A stretch of 63,447 nt of DNA, filler included, from 5 parts of 5 records of this genome joined end to end with filler, not necessarily neighbours in it; one strand, 5' to 3'; shown: positions 10,983-24,329, numbered from the whole stretch's first letter. Numbers and translations: made by a program. The notes: generated by a model not told the origin, from the letters alone.

Positions 10983-11832
10983 TGAACTGTTTAGTCGTTA
11001 CTAAGTTTCCGGAGGCAGTGAGAGATCGTTGGCGGCCCAGTGGGCAATTGCCCAGAGCCGGGCTAGGGCGCGTGGCCAGGCTAGCCCTAGCGGGGTAGTG
11101 CGGCTGGGCCCGAGCGCTGGTCGCGGGTACCGGTGCCGGCCCGCTCGCCCGGACCGGGCCGCGATCAATACTAATGACTGATGAGAGAAGTGAAGCTCGC
11201 GGAGTACACTGTTGGTGGCGACCGGACGGACCGACGGTCGCATCCACAAGTTGCGTAACGCCCACACGGTTGCTCACGATCTCGAATAATCTCGATATCT
11301 CTCCTAATTCGAGATTGACATCGCTTTGATGATAGGGCGTTTCATCGCACGTTGCGCCGGCGGCGGCCCTCGCCGGGACTCGGGGCGGGCCCGCTGGCCC
11401 CCCCCCCACCCGACGCGGGCCGGCGAGCGGGATCACGCCGTGCGGGCCGGGGGCGGCGGCCCACCGGCCCGCCGGCCGAACGGAATGGCGACAGGAATGG
11501 CGACACCCTCCCCGTGGAAAAAAAGGAAACCTTCTCAGTGGCCGGTGCCATCAAGCGACGTCAGCCACGGGTGCGCGTTTCGGAACATGCTCTGCCATTC
11601 CGAAGGGCACGAATGGTCCTAGCGCCAGTCTCCTCTCAGTGGCCGACTACACGAGGACAGTGAACGAGGCTTGATCAGACTGAGGCAGTTTTCTGAAAGG
11701 TGCCACTTCACCATGTAGTCCGTCGATACTATGGGTTAGACTAGTTAATATATGTTTACGGGCACCTTTTGAATCGATAAGCGTAAAAACAACAAAAGCA
11801 CTCTCCATAGGCGTCTACATCTTGTGGCCAGG

Positions 11833-14800
11833 ATGTCGATTACATCCAGGAATCAAGAGAACCCGGCATGTAAGTACTTTGTTCTCGTAATGTTTCCGGT
11901 GGTGTCTTACGAAGATTTCAGTATTTGCGAACGAGAACCGGGTGCCCCTATGGACCTTTGGGGTTGGGGCACGCGGCAAGCTTGGTCATGGAGAAGAAAC
12001 GAATAAGCTTGCGCCAATGAGAGTTGAGTCTCTTCGTGATAAGGACATTGTTCTATCAAGTGCTGGCACATACCACAGTGCCGCAGTCAGTGCAAATGGT
12101 GAAGTGTATACATGGGGAGAAGGCATATATGGGCAGCTGGGTCATGGAGACAGAGACATTTCTCGGGTGCCGCGTGAGTGCATTTTCTTCAGACGGATGA
12201 ACATTGTCAAGGATATCTCATGTGGGGGTGTTCACACGATTGTCATGCTAGATAACCATGATGTGTACACTTGGGGTGAAGGCCTCTATGGGAAGTTAGG
12301 CCACGGAGATGACAAAGACTGCTTGATACCCAAGCGAGTTGAGGCATTGGATAACAAAATGATTAACGCAGTGTCCGCCGGATATCGACATTGCGCTGCA
12401 CTGTCGGTGCACGGCGAGGTGTACACTTGGGGAGATGGATCTAGTGGTCGATTAGGACATGGCAGTGAGTCCGACTGTGTTGTGCCAACCAAGATTCAAG
12501 CAATTGTCGGCAAATACGTCAGCAAAGTTTCGTGCGGTGGATCCCACACATTAGCTATTATCAATGACCAGGTATGGTCCTGGGGTGATGGCGGAGACGG
12601 GCGTTTGGGACATGGGGACACGAAGAACAGATGGGCTCCCACCCGCATCACACAAGTTCCACAGGTCATGTTTAATGAAGTGAGCGCCGGCGACCGTCAT
12701 TCGGCCTGTGTGAGCAAACTCGGCCAGCTGTTTACATGGGGACGTGGGTATGGTGGACGACTTGGCTTGAACGATTTCTCGGACAAGCTTGCCCCCATGG
12801 TAGTGAAAAACCTCTCCAAACACGTCGTGAGATCAATATCCATGGGCCACAGTCATAGTGCTTGTATTACGGAGAAAGGAGTTTTATTCACATGGGGAGA
12901 AGGCAATGGAGGAAGGCTGGGGCTTGAGGATGATGCCGATCGCGGGGAACCCGAAGATGTTGCAAGTCTGGGTGAGACTGTTGCCCGGAAAGTTAGTTGT
13001 GGTGGAGAGCATACACTGCTCGTGACGGATAGGATAGCCGTGCACTATATCCCTGGGAGCACCCTCTCTACCACAAAACCTAAGTCCCAGCTGGATGCTG
13101 GACCAACGCTGGCTGAACAACTAACGGGTGATCAGCCACAAAAGATAGGCGACGACACCATGAAGCGTTTTAAGAATCGGGAGCAGTACTACTACCAACT
13201 ACTCTCGAAAACGCAACCGTTGTCCAACAGCACTATTGGCCAGGCCATGAAAGCAGTCGGAGGGCCACCGCAGGCAGGGATGCTGTCATCAATGGCTCCG
13301 TACAAGAATGATGTTTTCAGTGAGTATGCCCCACCAATTCGCGGGGCCCCTCGCATGAAGCACACGTCGAAGACAGCTGTCCGCACAGGCGCCGGTCAGA
13401 CTCCGCTCCCGGACGATCCCACGATTGCGGCAGTCAAGGAACTCAGGCTCCGGGCGGAAGAGGAGAAGGCTATGCACGCCGGCCAGGCCATTGCTCGAGA
13501 GAATAACGATTGGGGTGGTATTCGTGAGGTCGGAAAGGGGATCAGGACAAACAAGACGCAAGGTCCTTCCAGAAGCAAGACGCCTTCGGGACGCTCGTCC
13601 GTGCCTGGCCTCGACATGAGTAGAGTGCGGCGGGGCGGTGGCTCGAGAACAGACCGACCGCGGACTTCCCTAGGTGGGTCACATCGGGGCCCAGGTGGTC
13701 GCTCCAGCAGTGCGCGTGGGTCCATTACAGCTCGGGGCAGCCAGCAGTCAGTTGGCTACTCCTCCAGTGGAGGCCCCAAGGCGACACATTTCTCATACCC
13801 CGGGTGTACTTTTGGAGCAGCGGAGAGGTTTGCTCGCAACAGAGAGGTTCCCGATAGCCCGGGCCCTGCGTATGGTCTTGATTCGACGCTTGGCCGTAAA
13901 ACCACCAAATTCACACAGGCACCTCGATTTGACAAGCCACAGACTAAAAAAGAAGCGGATCCTCCATCGCCAGGGCCGGCCGAGTACCAGGATAACTGCG
14001 TTTACTTCAACGATGAAGTGCCCGACAGCGGTAAGGGGATCACGATGGCTAAGAGATTTGAGCTGTCGCCACCACCGCCGCCGCCGCCGCCACCTGAGGA
14101 AGGCGAGGATGAGGATGAGGAGTACAAACGATTGGTGAGGGAAAACAATCGCTGGGCAGTAATAGATCAGAAGCGACGAACGGCTAATCCCGGACCTGGA
14201 AAGTATCGTGCGCCATCTGCTTTTGACAAATACGAGGTTAAGAATGACAGAGAAATCTTCCAGAACGGATCCAAGATGGCCCAGGAGCTGAGAGGGATGC
14301 CTGTCTCGTCAGCACCGGGACCGGGGCCTGGTAAGTATGACACACGAAGTGAAAGTGTGTTGAAGCAAAACTATTTCCATGGAAAATCGACATTCACCGG
14401 AAGTCAACGTACCAAGGCGCGCGGATCCGATGTGCCTGGCCCAACTTATGATGTGGATGTGGAATTGTCACACATGAGGCACCCGCCTGCGTTTTCCTTT
14501 GGCGCAGAGAGGGTTGTCGACCAAGCGCGTGGTGCAACGGGCATGTCTCCTGGGCCCGACGAATACTCTACAATACATCCTGGTGGGGCAAGCTCTCCCG
14601 CTGCCCACATGGGTACCGGCACCCGAGGAGCTGTCTACAGGGCCTATGCAGGACCCGGATTCTATGTCCCACCCGACGACACTCCAGGGCCTGAGTATGA
14701 CACAAGTTTCAAGGAGTGCCTAAATCCCCGTGCCCCGGCCGCAGTTATGAGCCAGGCCATGCGGGATTGGGCTGTGGAGGGCACTTGGCAACCTGGCGTG

Positions 14801-15268
14801 GGAGCATATGACCCAGATGACTCGATACTTCAGGCAAAGAAGCCGGAGGCACGGATGGTGGGTAAGAACTGGCCACCCAACATGGCGGACAAGGTGCCCG
14901 GGCCAGGAGCATACGATGACTTCCAGAAAGTACCGCGTGCGCAGCCTCCTGACACATTCGGACCTCGTTACAAAGATCCTAAGAGCAAGAAACAAGTACC
15001 AGCACCTAATCACTACAAACCGAACTACGAAGGGCGGTTTACTCGGCAGTCATACGTGCCCCCGGCGTTCACAATAGGGAGGAAATTGAAGGATCCCTTG
15101 GCAGACGACCCATCTCCTGGCCCAGCCAAGTACACGCAATGCACTAAGCAGGACGCCTGCAAACGTGTGCGGGGTCGACACTTCAGTACTTTTGGTAAGC
15201 AGAGGCGTTTCAAGGCTAATGATGGTCTTACCCCGCGCATTGCGGACGTGGCACCCTTTGATGAATGA
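11833..15268 (+). CDS. RCC1-repeat beta-propeller fused to SHIPPO/PGP (ODF3/STPG-like) repeats; 1 intron near start
   Basis: Seven RCC1 blades (xYTWG..G.LGHG..S.G..H) followed by about 11 PGPxxY motifs. ATG 11833 joins the 11942 frame via intron gtaagt...tttcag. Confidence 0.85.
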
Positions 15269-15303
15269 CATGGCTGAACCTTTTGAATAAATGCCAATTG
15301 GAC

Positions 15304-16608
15304 TCATTCAGGTCTCTCATGCAGATTCGGGTGACCAAGCATTCCCAGAAACCTTCGCCTTATGATTTCGCCCACCTTATCGTTGCATAAACTATTCGCC
15401 ATCATATTTAAGGCGGCTCGGGTCAAGCCTCCAGGAAGGTAGCTCCATGCATTCATCGGGTTCACTACTGGTGGCCCTTGCCCCTCAGCCGGTGAATGCA
15501 AGTCGATATACTCCACACTCTGGGCCTCGGCATGTTCATGCGAGCACTGTGCCATCTTGCGAGTGGTGTTGGATGCACCAAAAGTACTTGATGACTCCGC
15601 CTCTTCAACGACGGGAGGCGCCGATACCACAATGAGGCTATCTATTCCTGCAAGCTGGCGAAGCAGTTTGACAAGTTCACCAATACATTTGCACTCGGCG
15701 ACATGAGCACCCACATGCATATGCCGGGAGCTCGTCTTCCCAGACATGTTGCAGCTGAGGAGAACCACCTTTTTCGCAGATTGCAATCTGACAGTGACCA
15801 CCTCAAGCATTTCATCCTGGTATGTTTTATCGTCCACAAGCTCGCAGCATGAGCGGATTGGCCAATACCTGGCCACTGCGTTTTCTCCATAATCATCGGA
15901 TATTTCGGTAATACAGTTGAGGTTGTCCGGCCGCCCAGTCGTAGTGTTCCACGAGCATTCAACAGCATTTGAGGGTACATTCGGTGGAGGTAAGGATGGG
16001 GTATAAACTGTCTGGATATGCTCTTCTGCGCCAGACAGTATCCTCAATATTGTATGTCCCAAATGCATGAGGTGTGGGGGGCCTATGATGGATATGTCCA
16101 GATTTCCAAAGCATCTTTGAAGGTCGTCCATCGAATAAGGGACAAGAGAGCAACTTGAAGGACCTGAATCTGCCTTGGGCGCGGACACCCATTGCCCATC
16201 CAGCCACTTCCCATCAATACCTCGAACAGTGGCACACGGGCGCGTGCTGAGAGATTGAAACCACTCAACAGTACCCGAGTCTTCTTCTATGCCTTTGCGC
16301 GAGTACCTTTCTGAATACGACAGGAAAACCCTGGCATCGTGTTCCACCGTTAGATTCCCGTGGACCACACCTAGGTTCGAATGCACTGGAGTGACAAGGC
16401 CAGAGCCACCCATATTGTTTAGTACCACAACAGAGACCACAAGGACCAACGCGGCAATGATAAGGTGATGAGGAATAGTACGCACTACTTCAACCAACGT
16501 GCATGTTGGCTTAGGCTGGCCCATCGTTATTTGTTCTTGCATCGTTGTTTGTTCTTGGTTATTGGTGTTGAGTTCCGACGGCGAGACACCATCCTGAAGG
16601 TCAAGCAT
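15304..16608 (-). CDS. Type II membrane PC-esterase/SGNH-like protein, catalytic motifs degenerate
   Basis: TM LIIAALVLVVSVVVL. GQWVSAP..CSLVPYS..LQRCFGNLDISIIGPP and C-terminal NMMANSLCN resemble the NXPE/CASD1/TBL scaffold, but GDS and DxxH are absent. Confidence 0.55.
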   Translation of the reverse strand: MLDLQDGVSPSELNTNNQEQTTMQEQITMGQPKPTCTLVEVVRTIPHHLIIAALVLVVSVVVLNNMGGSGLVTPVHSNLGVVHGNLTVEHDARVFLSYSERYSRKGIEEDSGTVEWFQSLSTRPCATVRGIDGKWLDGQWVSAPKADSGPSSCSLVPYSMDDLQRCFGNLDISIIGPPHLMHLGHTILRILSGAEEHIQTVYTPSLPPPNVPSNAVECSWNTTTGRPDNLNCITEISDDYGENAVARYWPIRSCCELVDDKTYQDEMLEVVTVRLQSAKKVVLLSCNMSGKTSSRHMHVGAHVAECKCIGELVKLLRQLAGIDSLIVVSAPPVVEEAESSSTFGASNTTRKMAQCSHEHAEAQSVEYIDLHSPAEGQGPPVVNPMNAWSYLPGGLTRAALNMMANSLCNDKVGEIIRRRFLGMLGHPNLHERPE

Positions 16609-17561
16609 CACCACGCTTTGGAGTAAACCGTGCGGTCACACGGACCCGAAAGCTATTGCCAGGATATTTAGCCATTCTGACTTCTTGTCTGGAAGAGAAC
16701 TATATCTCGCACACTCGCCGAACTCGTATGGTAGGGCACTGTAGTCTGGACAGTTCCCGCCACAATATACACGCGAGACTGTGATGGTCTGCCACCCCCG
16801 GCGACGGCAACCGCCCGGGCCCCGGCCGGGGGAGCGCCTGCCACGGACCCTGGCGCGCGGCCCGACCGTGGGGCCGTCCACGGGCAACGGGCCGGTCGGT
16901 TGGCCGCCGGCCCAGCCTGCCCGGCCGGCACCCGGCGGCCCCGCCCGCGCTCAGGCAGAGTCACGGCCGGGGCGGCCGGGCCGGGCCGGGCGGGCCCTCG
17001 CGGGGCCGGGTCCCCGACTCCGGCTCGGCTCGCAGCGGCGCCCGCCACGGTGACCGGCCCGGTCCGGTTCCGCCGTCCGCGCCCGCGGCGCCCCGCCGCC
17101 CGGCCCGGCCCCGCACGGCACTCACTGATTCGGCATTCAACTGCATCCGTCCTCGAAACAATCAGGTATTCTTGGCTGCCAGGCTGGTCCAGACTGGAGA
17201 GAAGATCGAGGGTGGCACTCCAGTCAGCGGGCGGATAGTCGTTGAGATCGTGTGCTCGCCGGCCGATGACGGGACTGCTGGCTGGACCATTGATTAATAC
17301 CAGCCTCCGTGTGACCGGTGCCGTGGCACCGGCCGGGCACTGCAGTGCCGGCACCGTGGGCTGCCACTTGAGAGACCCGGACCTTGCGGGCGGTGACGCT
17401 AGGGCCTCCGACTCCCTCGGTGCGCGGAGGGAGGCCGCCCCCGGGCGCCGGACGCCTGCCCGGCTGTGGCGACTGCAGGGGGCGCCCGGCGCCCGTCCGC
17501 CCGACCGGCCACCGCAAGCACTGCACTGATGGCCGCTCGCACCCGTCACTGAGTTCCGCTT

Positions 17562-17587
17562 CCCCCCCCCCCCCCCCCCCCCCCCCC
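17562..17587 (+). repeat. Poly-C tract (26 nt) at contig end
   Basis: Read directly; also C19 at 17688-17706 and G24 at 33899-33922. Confidence 0.9.
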
Positions 17588-17687
17588 NNNNNNNNNNNNN
17601 NNNNNNNNNNNNNNNNNNNNNNNNNNNNNNNTTAATTAATTAANNNNNNNNNNNNNNNNNNNNNNNNNNNNNNNNNNNNNNNNNNNN
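17588..17687. other. Artificial contig linker
   Basis: N44-TTAATTAATTAA-N44; the 12-mer gives stops in all six frames. Confidence 0.98.
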
Positions 17688-18778
17688 CCCCCCCCCCCCC
17701 CCCCCCGGGGCCGCCCCTCCCCATTCTCATCCACAGCGCGCACGTGTCATTTGCTTAATCTCCCAGTCAGTCAATAACATACCATGGCTACGGTGGGCAA
17801 TCCTCAGCGGGCGTGCTTTATACTCTATGTGTGAAGGGGCCATATATCACCCATTGGGCTGGGCACCGGCAACCAACACAACTGCTAGAGAGACGAAGCA
17901 TCCACGATGCCAGAGAGCCCAAAGAGACGACAACAAACTCAGCAGAAAGATGGGGTGGTCAGTGGACCTCGCAGTGTGCGTTCCATCCTTACCACCATAC
18001 AGCCGACCCGACCGAGGACTAAGCCGTGGGCATCATCGGCTGACCCGGACAAGATGATTGGGCAGGCGGTACCATTTGCAAGGGGTGACAACACTGCAGT
18101 CCGCATGGCAACCAAGTCAAGCATGGTCAATGTCCGAAAATCATAGGCCGTATCGGACAGCTAATATTACCGTGATTATCTCTGTATAATGAATACTTTG
18201 GAATGGATGAATCAGATCCAAGATTTCGAGGATAGTTTTGACTGTAACGCTCCCTTAGAAAGAGAAGGCGCACGTTTTTTGGATCCGGACTGATTCCATC
18301 CCCACGCGTTATGGCCCCGCCCAGCCTGGCGAGCCGCCCGCCGGCGGCCGCCGAGGGCCGAGCCGGCCGGCTGTCGCACACAGTGAGCCCCGCCAGCTGC
18401 CCGGCCGCCGGCCGCCCGGCGGCGGCCCCGCCGGCCGGCGGCGGCCGGATCGGGCGGCCCACACTTTCAGAGTGTTTGGTGGCCCGGCTTGGGCTGGGGC
18501 CGCGGCCCGAAGCTCCCGGTATGACCAGTCCGTCTTGGGACAACGCGGCACTTGGTTCGGCCTGACGGTGGCGCCAACACAGTGTCACGGGATGGGCGGC
18601 AACACCACTGCAGCCGTTGTCCCTGAGGGTCACGCACCGGTGACACACAGTCATAACGCAGAGCTTGGGACCCCCACTCATGTGGCGAGCTAGCGACGAG
18701 AAGTGCTATGAACACTGGGAGCGTCGGCTTCCATTGAGCAGCGCTATCGTCCAATTGCAATAATACAAAATCAAGGAC

Positions 18779-21700
18779 ATGCCTTTAGGTGTAGTAGTTC
18801 AGAATATAGTACAGATAACCATGCCAATACAGACACAGATTCTGAGATGAATATTATCCCATTGAAAACGTTTTCAGAGTTAAAACTTGATGAGGGAAAG
18901 TTGTCGCTGCTTTGCGTTGAGTGCAATGTGCCCCTCACTGCCGAACACTATGCCAGTCATGGCTACGTTACACCACGCCCAATGCTCGTCACACCCCAGG
19001 CTGCCGCTGGCAGGAAAGGAGGTACAAGGCTAGGTTTCGATATATTTTGTGAAGTTCTGCTGACACTATGACAGGTTTAGGAGTTAAGATTGCACGAGGC
19101 GATGAGTGTAGGCAGATCCAGGAGGCAGGCTGGGCAACTCATCGGGCATGGCCTCAAAAGGGGAGCGAGAAAGTTGTGCAGCCGCAAAGGCCAATGGTGT
19201 GAAGTTGATGTGTATGGTTAAGTGGGATACTAATGATTGTTCAGACTGCGCCTATACACCGCGCTAGGGCAAGCCCGCGAGTTGCAAACATGAAGAAAAC
19301 GTCTGCTTGTTCAAAGAAAACAAGTGTGAAGACCACCGCTTCCAGCGGACTGTCCAGAAAGCCTCGAATCGAAAGTGTTACAGCTTTGTTAAACTCGATG
19401 AGGCAGCAGCGGGCGGAAAGGCCACAACCCGAAGAATACAAGGCGCATGAACAAAAGGTGGCCCAAAAGACCACTCAAAAGGCAAAATCCAAGGAGGAAA
19501 AATGGATGGACGAGGCTAGGATGCGGGTGTCAATTCAGGAGAAACAGACTAAAGCGGGCAACCGATGCATGCCGGCATCTTCATACCAAACGTATCAGAG
19601 CACTTTCCAGACGCTTGACGCTGAAGGAAAACCCAAGCGCCTCACTGCATCAGAGAGATTAGAGGCATCCCTTCGATGTTCCTTAAGCCAACCGTCTCCT
19701 CGGCATACGAGCACTCCGCGCGTCAACCCAAGTATCACACAACCAGGCGCTTTTGACGGGGAGATACTTGAAGTTCAAACCAATGGCAATGTCATTGCTG
19801 CTGGAAATCATCGTAACAACGAAGGGGAATGCATGGGATTATACGAAACTACCAAATTGAACACTATCAAAAAAAGCGCGGCTATTGATAAATCACGAAA
19901 GGAATCGGAAGAAATCAAGCCAGTTCCAGGGCCAGATGACAGCGTTTTGGCAGCTGTGGAGGGTGCGCGTGCTTTCGCCTTTCGCGGGAGTGAGAATGGA
20001 CGTATTCATGTCATTGATGATGAGTCAGTCACCGATGATGATACTGTCGAAGGCGAAGAGCCCACCAAAAATGATGCCACGGAGTCGGAACTAGAGGCCG
20101 CAGAAACAATGGCCGCCAGAAGGGCTGAAATGTCGGATGATCAAAAAAATAACCTGAAATCCCTACCACTAGCGAGTGGTGATCACAGCAGTCGAATAGA
20201 AAAGATAAGGGCAGCCAGAGAAGCAACGGCTGAATCAGTTCGCCGTCTGCGTGAACAGAGGGAAATGAAGGTGCCCTCGGGCAGTGGAACAGTAGGTGGA
20301 CGCAAGAATTTGGAGAAGAAGTTACTCACAGGGAGCGAATCCGTTGGACAGGATATCACGAATGATCAGGCCTTGGTGGGCTCGTCTCCAGTGCAGTATA
20401 TCGGTGTCAAGATGTTGGATGTTCCTGAGGTCACAACAATTACCTCTACCGAAAGAAGTGTGATCACAAGACCACAGACTGCGCGTCCGACTTCCAAACA
20501 ACCATCAAGGGACACAAACACAGGTGGCTCTCAAACTGCACGCGCGGTCTCAAGTGAGTTCGAAGGTCCACGTGCGGAGTATAGGAAGGTGCTCCGACCG
20601 CAGAGTGCAGGGCGCACAAAAGCGAGGGGCACGGGAAAGGCCAGCGGAAGCAAACGACTTGTTCGACCAAAATCGGCAAAGGGGAGGTTGACCCACTTCA
20701 CAAATTACACTTCACAGTATGTTAGTACATCAGGGACCTATGCTGCTAGCACCCTGGCAAAAGTATCAAAAGATGACATTGACCATCGGGTGAGGAAATA
20801 CAGAAAATCTTCAGGAAAGGAGGAGCCTTCAGCGAATGCCAAAGGTTTCTTTGGGGTGGGCATTGCTAAATATAACGCGGCAAAGAACGACCTTGAGAAA
20901 GCAGTGACCAAATGGGGATTGGAGATTAAAGACAGTCAAGCTGCCAGTTTAATCAACAGGATCTCGGGTGAAGGGAGGCCTAAGGTGATGAAATTGAACC
21001 TGGATGTTGACAAAATAATACAAGATAGAAAAGATCGTGTGGACAGAAAGAAAAAGGAAGAGTATCAAAAGTGGTTGGCATCTGAGGAAAAGCAGGAATA
21101 CGCTTCCTGGAATTCAGATGTGAGAGTTGAGGAAGAATCTCCTAATGGAGACAAAAAAACAATTAGTCAAAAGAAAGAGAATCCTCGCTCACAGCATGCG
21201 TCTCCTCAAAGGTCTGGTTCAATCAGTTTCCAGAAGGCAGGAACCAAACGAGCAGCACCTGCTGCTAAGATTAAGGAAGAGACAAAACATCTATCAGCTG
21301 AGGACAGGTTGGAGAAAACTCTGCAAGAGAAAGAGTATGATGTGGCGCCTCCATACTTGAACAAACCTGAGGAAAACCTAGTCAAAGCGGCGAATCAGTA
21401 CATGCCAAAGCCACAGATCGAGTCATCTGATCCCATCGAGGTATGTGTTGATGCATGTGCATGCTTTCAAATGTTAACCTCACATCCATAGGTTTCCATA
21501 TTTGACACCGTAGACAAGTCTACAATGGCTTTGGTCGACTATGTTAAGGGTGAAATGGATCTCTGGCAGAGTGAGTCCAGATTCTGGTGCTGATCGATCG
21601 TGTCGTCTAATTTCTGTTTGTAGCTTTGGGGGATACTGATTTCAAGATTGCGGAGTGTAAACAATTCGTCGTGAGAGAAAAAGCGCGCTTGGAAGCAGAG

Positions 21701-21898
21701 ATCCAACAACGGAAGAGACCAAGCAGCAAGCCTCAACAACAGCCTCAACCGAGTGCCACTGGGCGCGCCAAACACGCGTCCGGGACTCCGCATAGGTACA
21801 AAAAGCTGTTGGACATGGACAAAGAGTGCTACTTCGGCCTTGAGACGGAAAGAGAGACATCGCATTTATCCATGGCCCTACACAAATGGTCCGGATAG
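18779..21898 (+). CDS. Large low-complexity/coiled-coil hypothetical protein, about 5 introns
   Basis: ORFs 18847, 19233 (752 aa) and 21626 join via GT-AG introns. Contains RPQTA/RPQSA/RPKSA motifs often seen in ciliary proteins; function unknown. Confidence 0.65.
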
Positions 21899-21916
21899 AA
21901 ACTTACAAGAACAACT

Positions 21917-24329
21917 TTAGTACAGCAGTCCATCATCAATCACATCAGTATCAGGCTGAACACCTGATCCGGGATCCTCTTTCGGTGGAATCGCAAATTG
22001 AGCAAACGATGTTCCTTGTTCGAAAGACCCACCAACAAACGGCTGAAATACATGCACGTCAAAATTTGTTGATTCCAAGTTATGAGGGACTTCTTACCTT
22101 CGGCGAGACGAATTGCCTCCCATGCTCATCCCCAGAGGCCCCATCATCACTACCATCGCCGTCTCCTTGATGGGAGTCGGCCACAAAGTCTTTCCACACT
22201 GGTGCGGCTACCTTTTCCTGACCCGCTCTATCATAGATCCTTTTCAGGATATCTGCCCCAGCCCGCTCATCTTCACTGTCACTCGATGACACATCAACAA
22301 ATCTGGAAGATACACCTGCAGTCTTCCTGTTATCCTTGCTGAAATCAAATTCCCCAACCCAGGTCGAGTACTTGGGCGCCGGGGCATTTTTCCGCGGCAT
22401 TATCACAGCCTCGTCATCACTACTGCTTGAATACGTTGTAGCAGCACCAAGCTTTCGAGAGCCCCCGTCCAAGAACCTGTGCCTATACCCGGCAGTGTCA
22501 CCAGATACAAAAAAGGAACTGATATCACTTCGCAAGAACCTATCCGCAATATTCACCGCTTGGCCGTTTTCCTCAGATTCTTTGCGATATATGACATTTC
22601 GTGGAGGTACAGGCGCGGTGCGGTCCTTGCGTCCGATCGCCTTTTCGACTTCCTTCGCCCTAGCCTGGAATACCAGTTTGTTGTAAGCCCTATCCTGCTC
22701 AATTTGCGCCTTCACTTTTGATTCCACATTCTTCAGATTCTTCTTCCCGGCAACGGTGCTTGGTGTTTTGGGCTTAGCCGCACGACTAACTTCCGGTTGC
22801 TTCTGCACAGTCTTGGGGGTTTCACTATCATCTTTCCCTGAGGGGATGGAAACTCTCCGCTGGCCGGGTTTGGCCGACTCAGGACGCTTCAAGGCTGGTT
22901 TGGGCTGCGGTTTTTCAGTTTCCTGCTGAGATGCAGAGCCTGAGGGGCGAGTTTCAAATGGCCATGGGGCTACAGAGCTTGGTGGATTAGGGACTGGATC
23001 AGAAGTTGCACCTGGCCCCATTGAAACTGTCCAAGAGACTCCCTTGGGCGCTTTCTCGGCAGCCTGTTCCTTTGGCGGCTGGTTAACTACCGGTTTTGTG
23101 CCAAAGAGCTTATTGAAGACCTCATCCACAGCTGCGGCATTGGCTTCTTGGGTAGCAGTCTGCGAATTCCCAGGACGGGTGGCAAAGGGATTCGTGGAAG
23201 CGGTGGATCCGGGAGACGCTCCGTCAACACTAGTCGGGGACGGCTGAGCGTCTGATTTCTGCACCCCAAGCCCTGTCCCGGCCACATTATGATACGCTAG
23301 CGTCGCCATATCACTCTTAGATACACTTTCATCCTTGTTTGATGCCGCGGTTTTCTCTACACTGTAAGCGAGCCGGGGCGCATTACGGCTCTGTCCGGGA
23401 ATATATTTTTTTCGATTCGCTGCTTCTTGGTTCTTACGGGTAGCCTCATCATCATCCATCCACCAGTTAGGCGCTCTGTACGGCATGGCTGGTCCACAAG
23501 CAGCGGGATTGCCCCCATAGAGAATTTCTTCAACGGACGCCCGGGGATCCTGCACATGCTGCCTCCGGGCCCCCGCAGGACTCAGAGAACGGGCCTTGAT
23601 AGACTCATATGTGTCTGTTGTTTCGCCTCGTCGCCACTTAGATGATGCTTTCTTATGGTATATACTCTTCTTAGGCCCGCTGTCAACAACTGCTTTTGTT
23701 TGGGCCGATTCAGCCTTGTTTGCTTCCTGCTGTTGCATAGTCGGCTTAGGCGCCGCGTTTGCTGCTACGGCCTGCTCGCTTGGAAATACAGTCAGCTCGC
23801 CGAATTTTGGCGCAGTGGCGGCCGGCTGTTCCCGAGATTCTTTGCTTTGTTCTTTCACGGAATCTTCGGATGCACTCTTCGTCGCACTAGCTGACTCTCT
23901 CACATCTGCCTGTGAGAGGGACAACCCCGCCTTAATCTGCTCAAGTTGTTTCGTTATGTCAGGAATCTTATCCTCAAACGCCAACGCAACGTTGTTTTCC
24001 TCAACCAAATCTTGAAGGTCCCCCACCGTCATTTTCTCCACTTGGTGCCTGGCTCGCAGGGCCTGAACTCCATATAGCACCGTCAGCCTTACTACACGGT
24101 CCCAGTCCTCTTCCCTGAAGTGTGCCAGGTAGTTGCGCACCATTCTGTTTTTAGCGACTTCGTAAGCCGCACCAAGTTTTGACCGTGTCGCAGTCAGGCG
24201 CTGCCCGTGGCTCTGTTTCTCGGGTTGCCGAGTCTTGGGGGTCGTCGTATGCATTGCCCCAGCTCGTACCCGTGCGCCAGTGGCCGTTGTGGGCCGGCCA
24301 CCGGTCTTCTCAGGATTCTTGGTAAGCAT
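21917..24329 (-). CDS. Hypothetical protein with conserved-looking N-terminal helical block and disordered tail, 1 intron
   Basis: 792-aa frame, first ATG 24329; NYLAHFREEDWDRVVRLTVLYGVQAL block. Terminal intron gtaaga...tttcag gives last exon PFVGG...DDGLLY* ending at 21917. Confidence 0.7.

Noticed and set aside
17632-17643. TTAATTAATTAA repeated four times in the window
   Set aside because: Artificial six-frame-stop linker embedded in N runs, not a biological repeat.
17707-18150. Possible minus-strand gene start running off contig 2 (GTATGT donor-like site near 17782)
   Set aside because: No consistent ATG-initiated spliced frame could be built; left unannotated.
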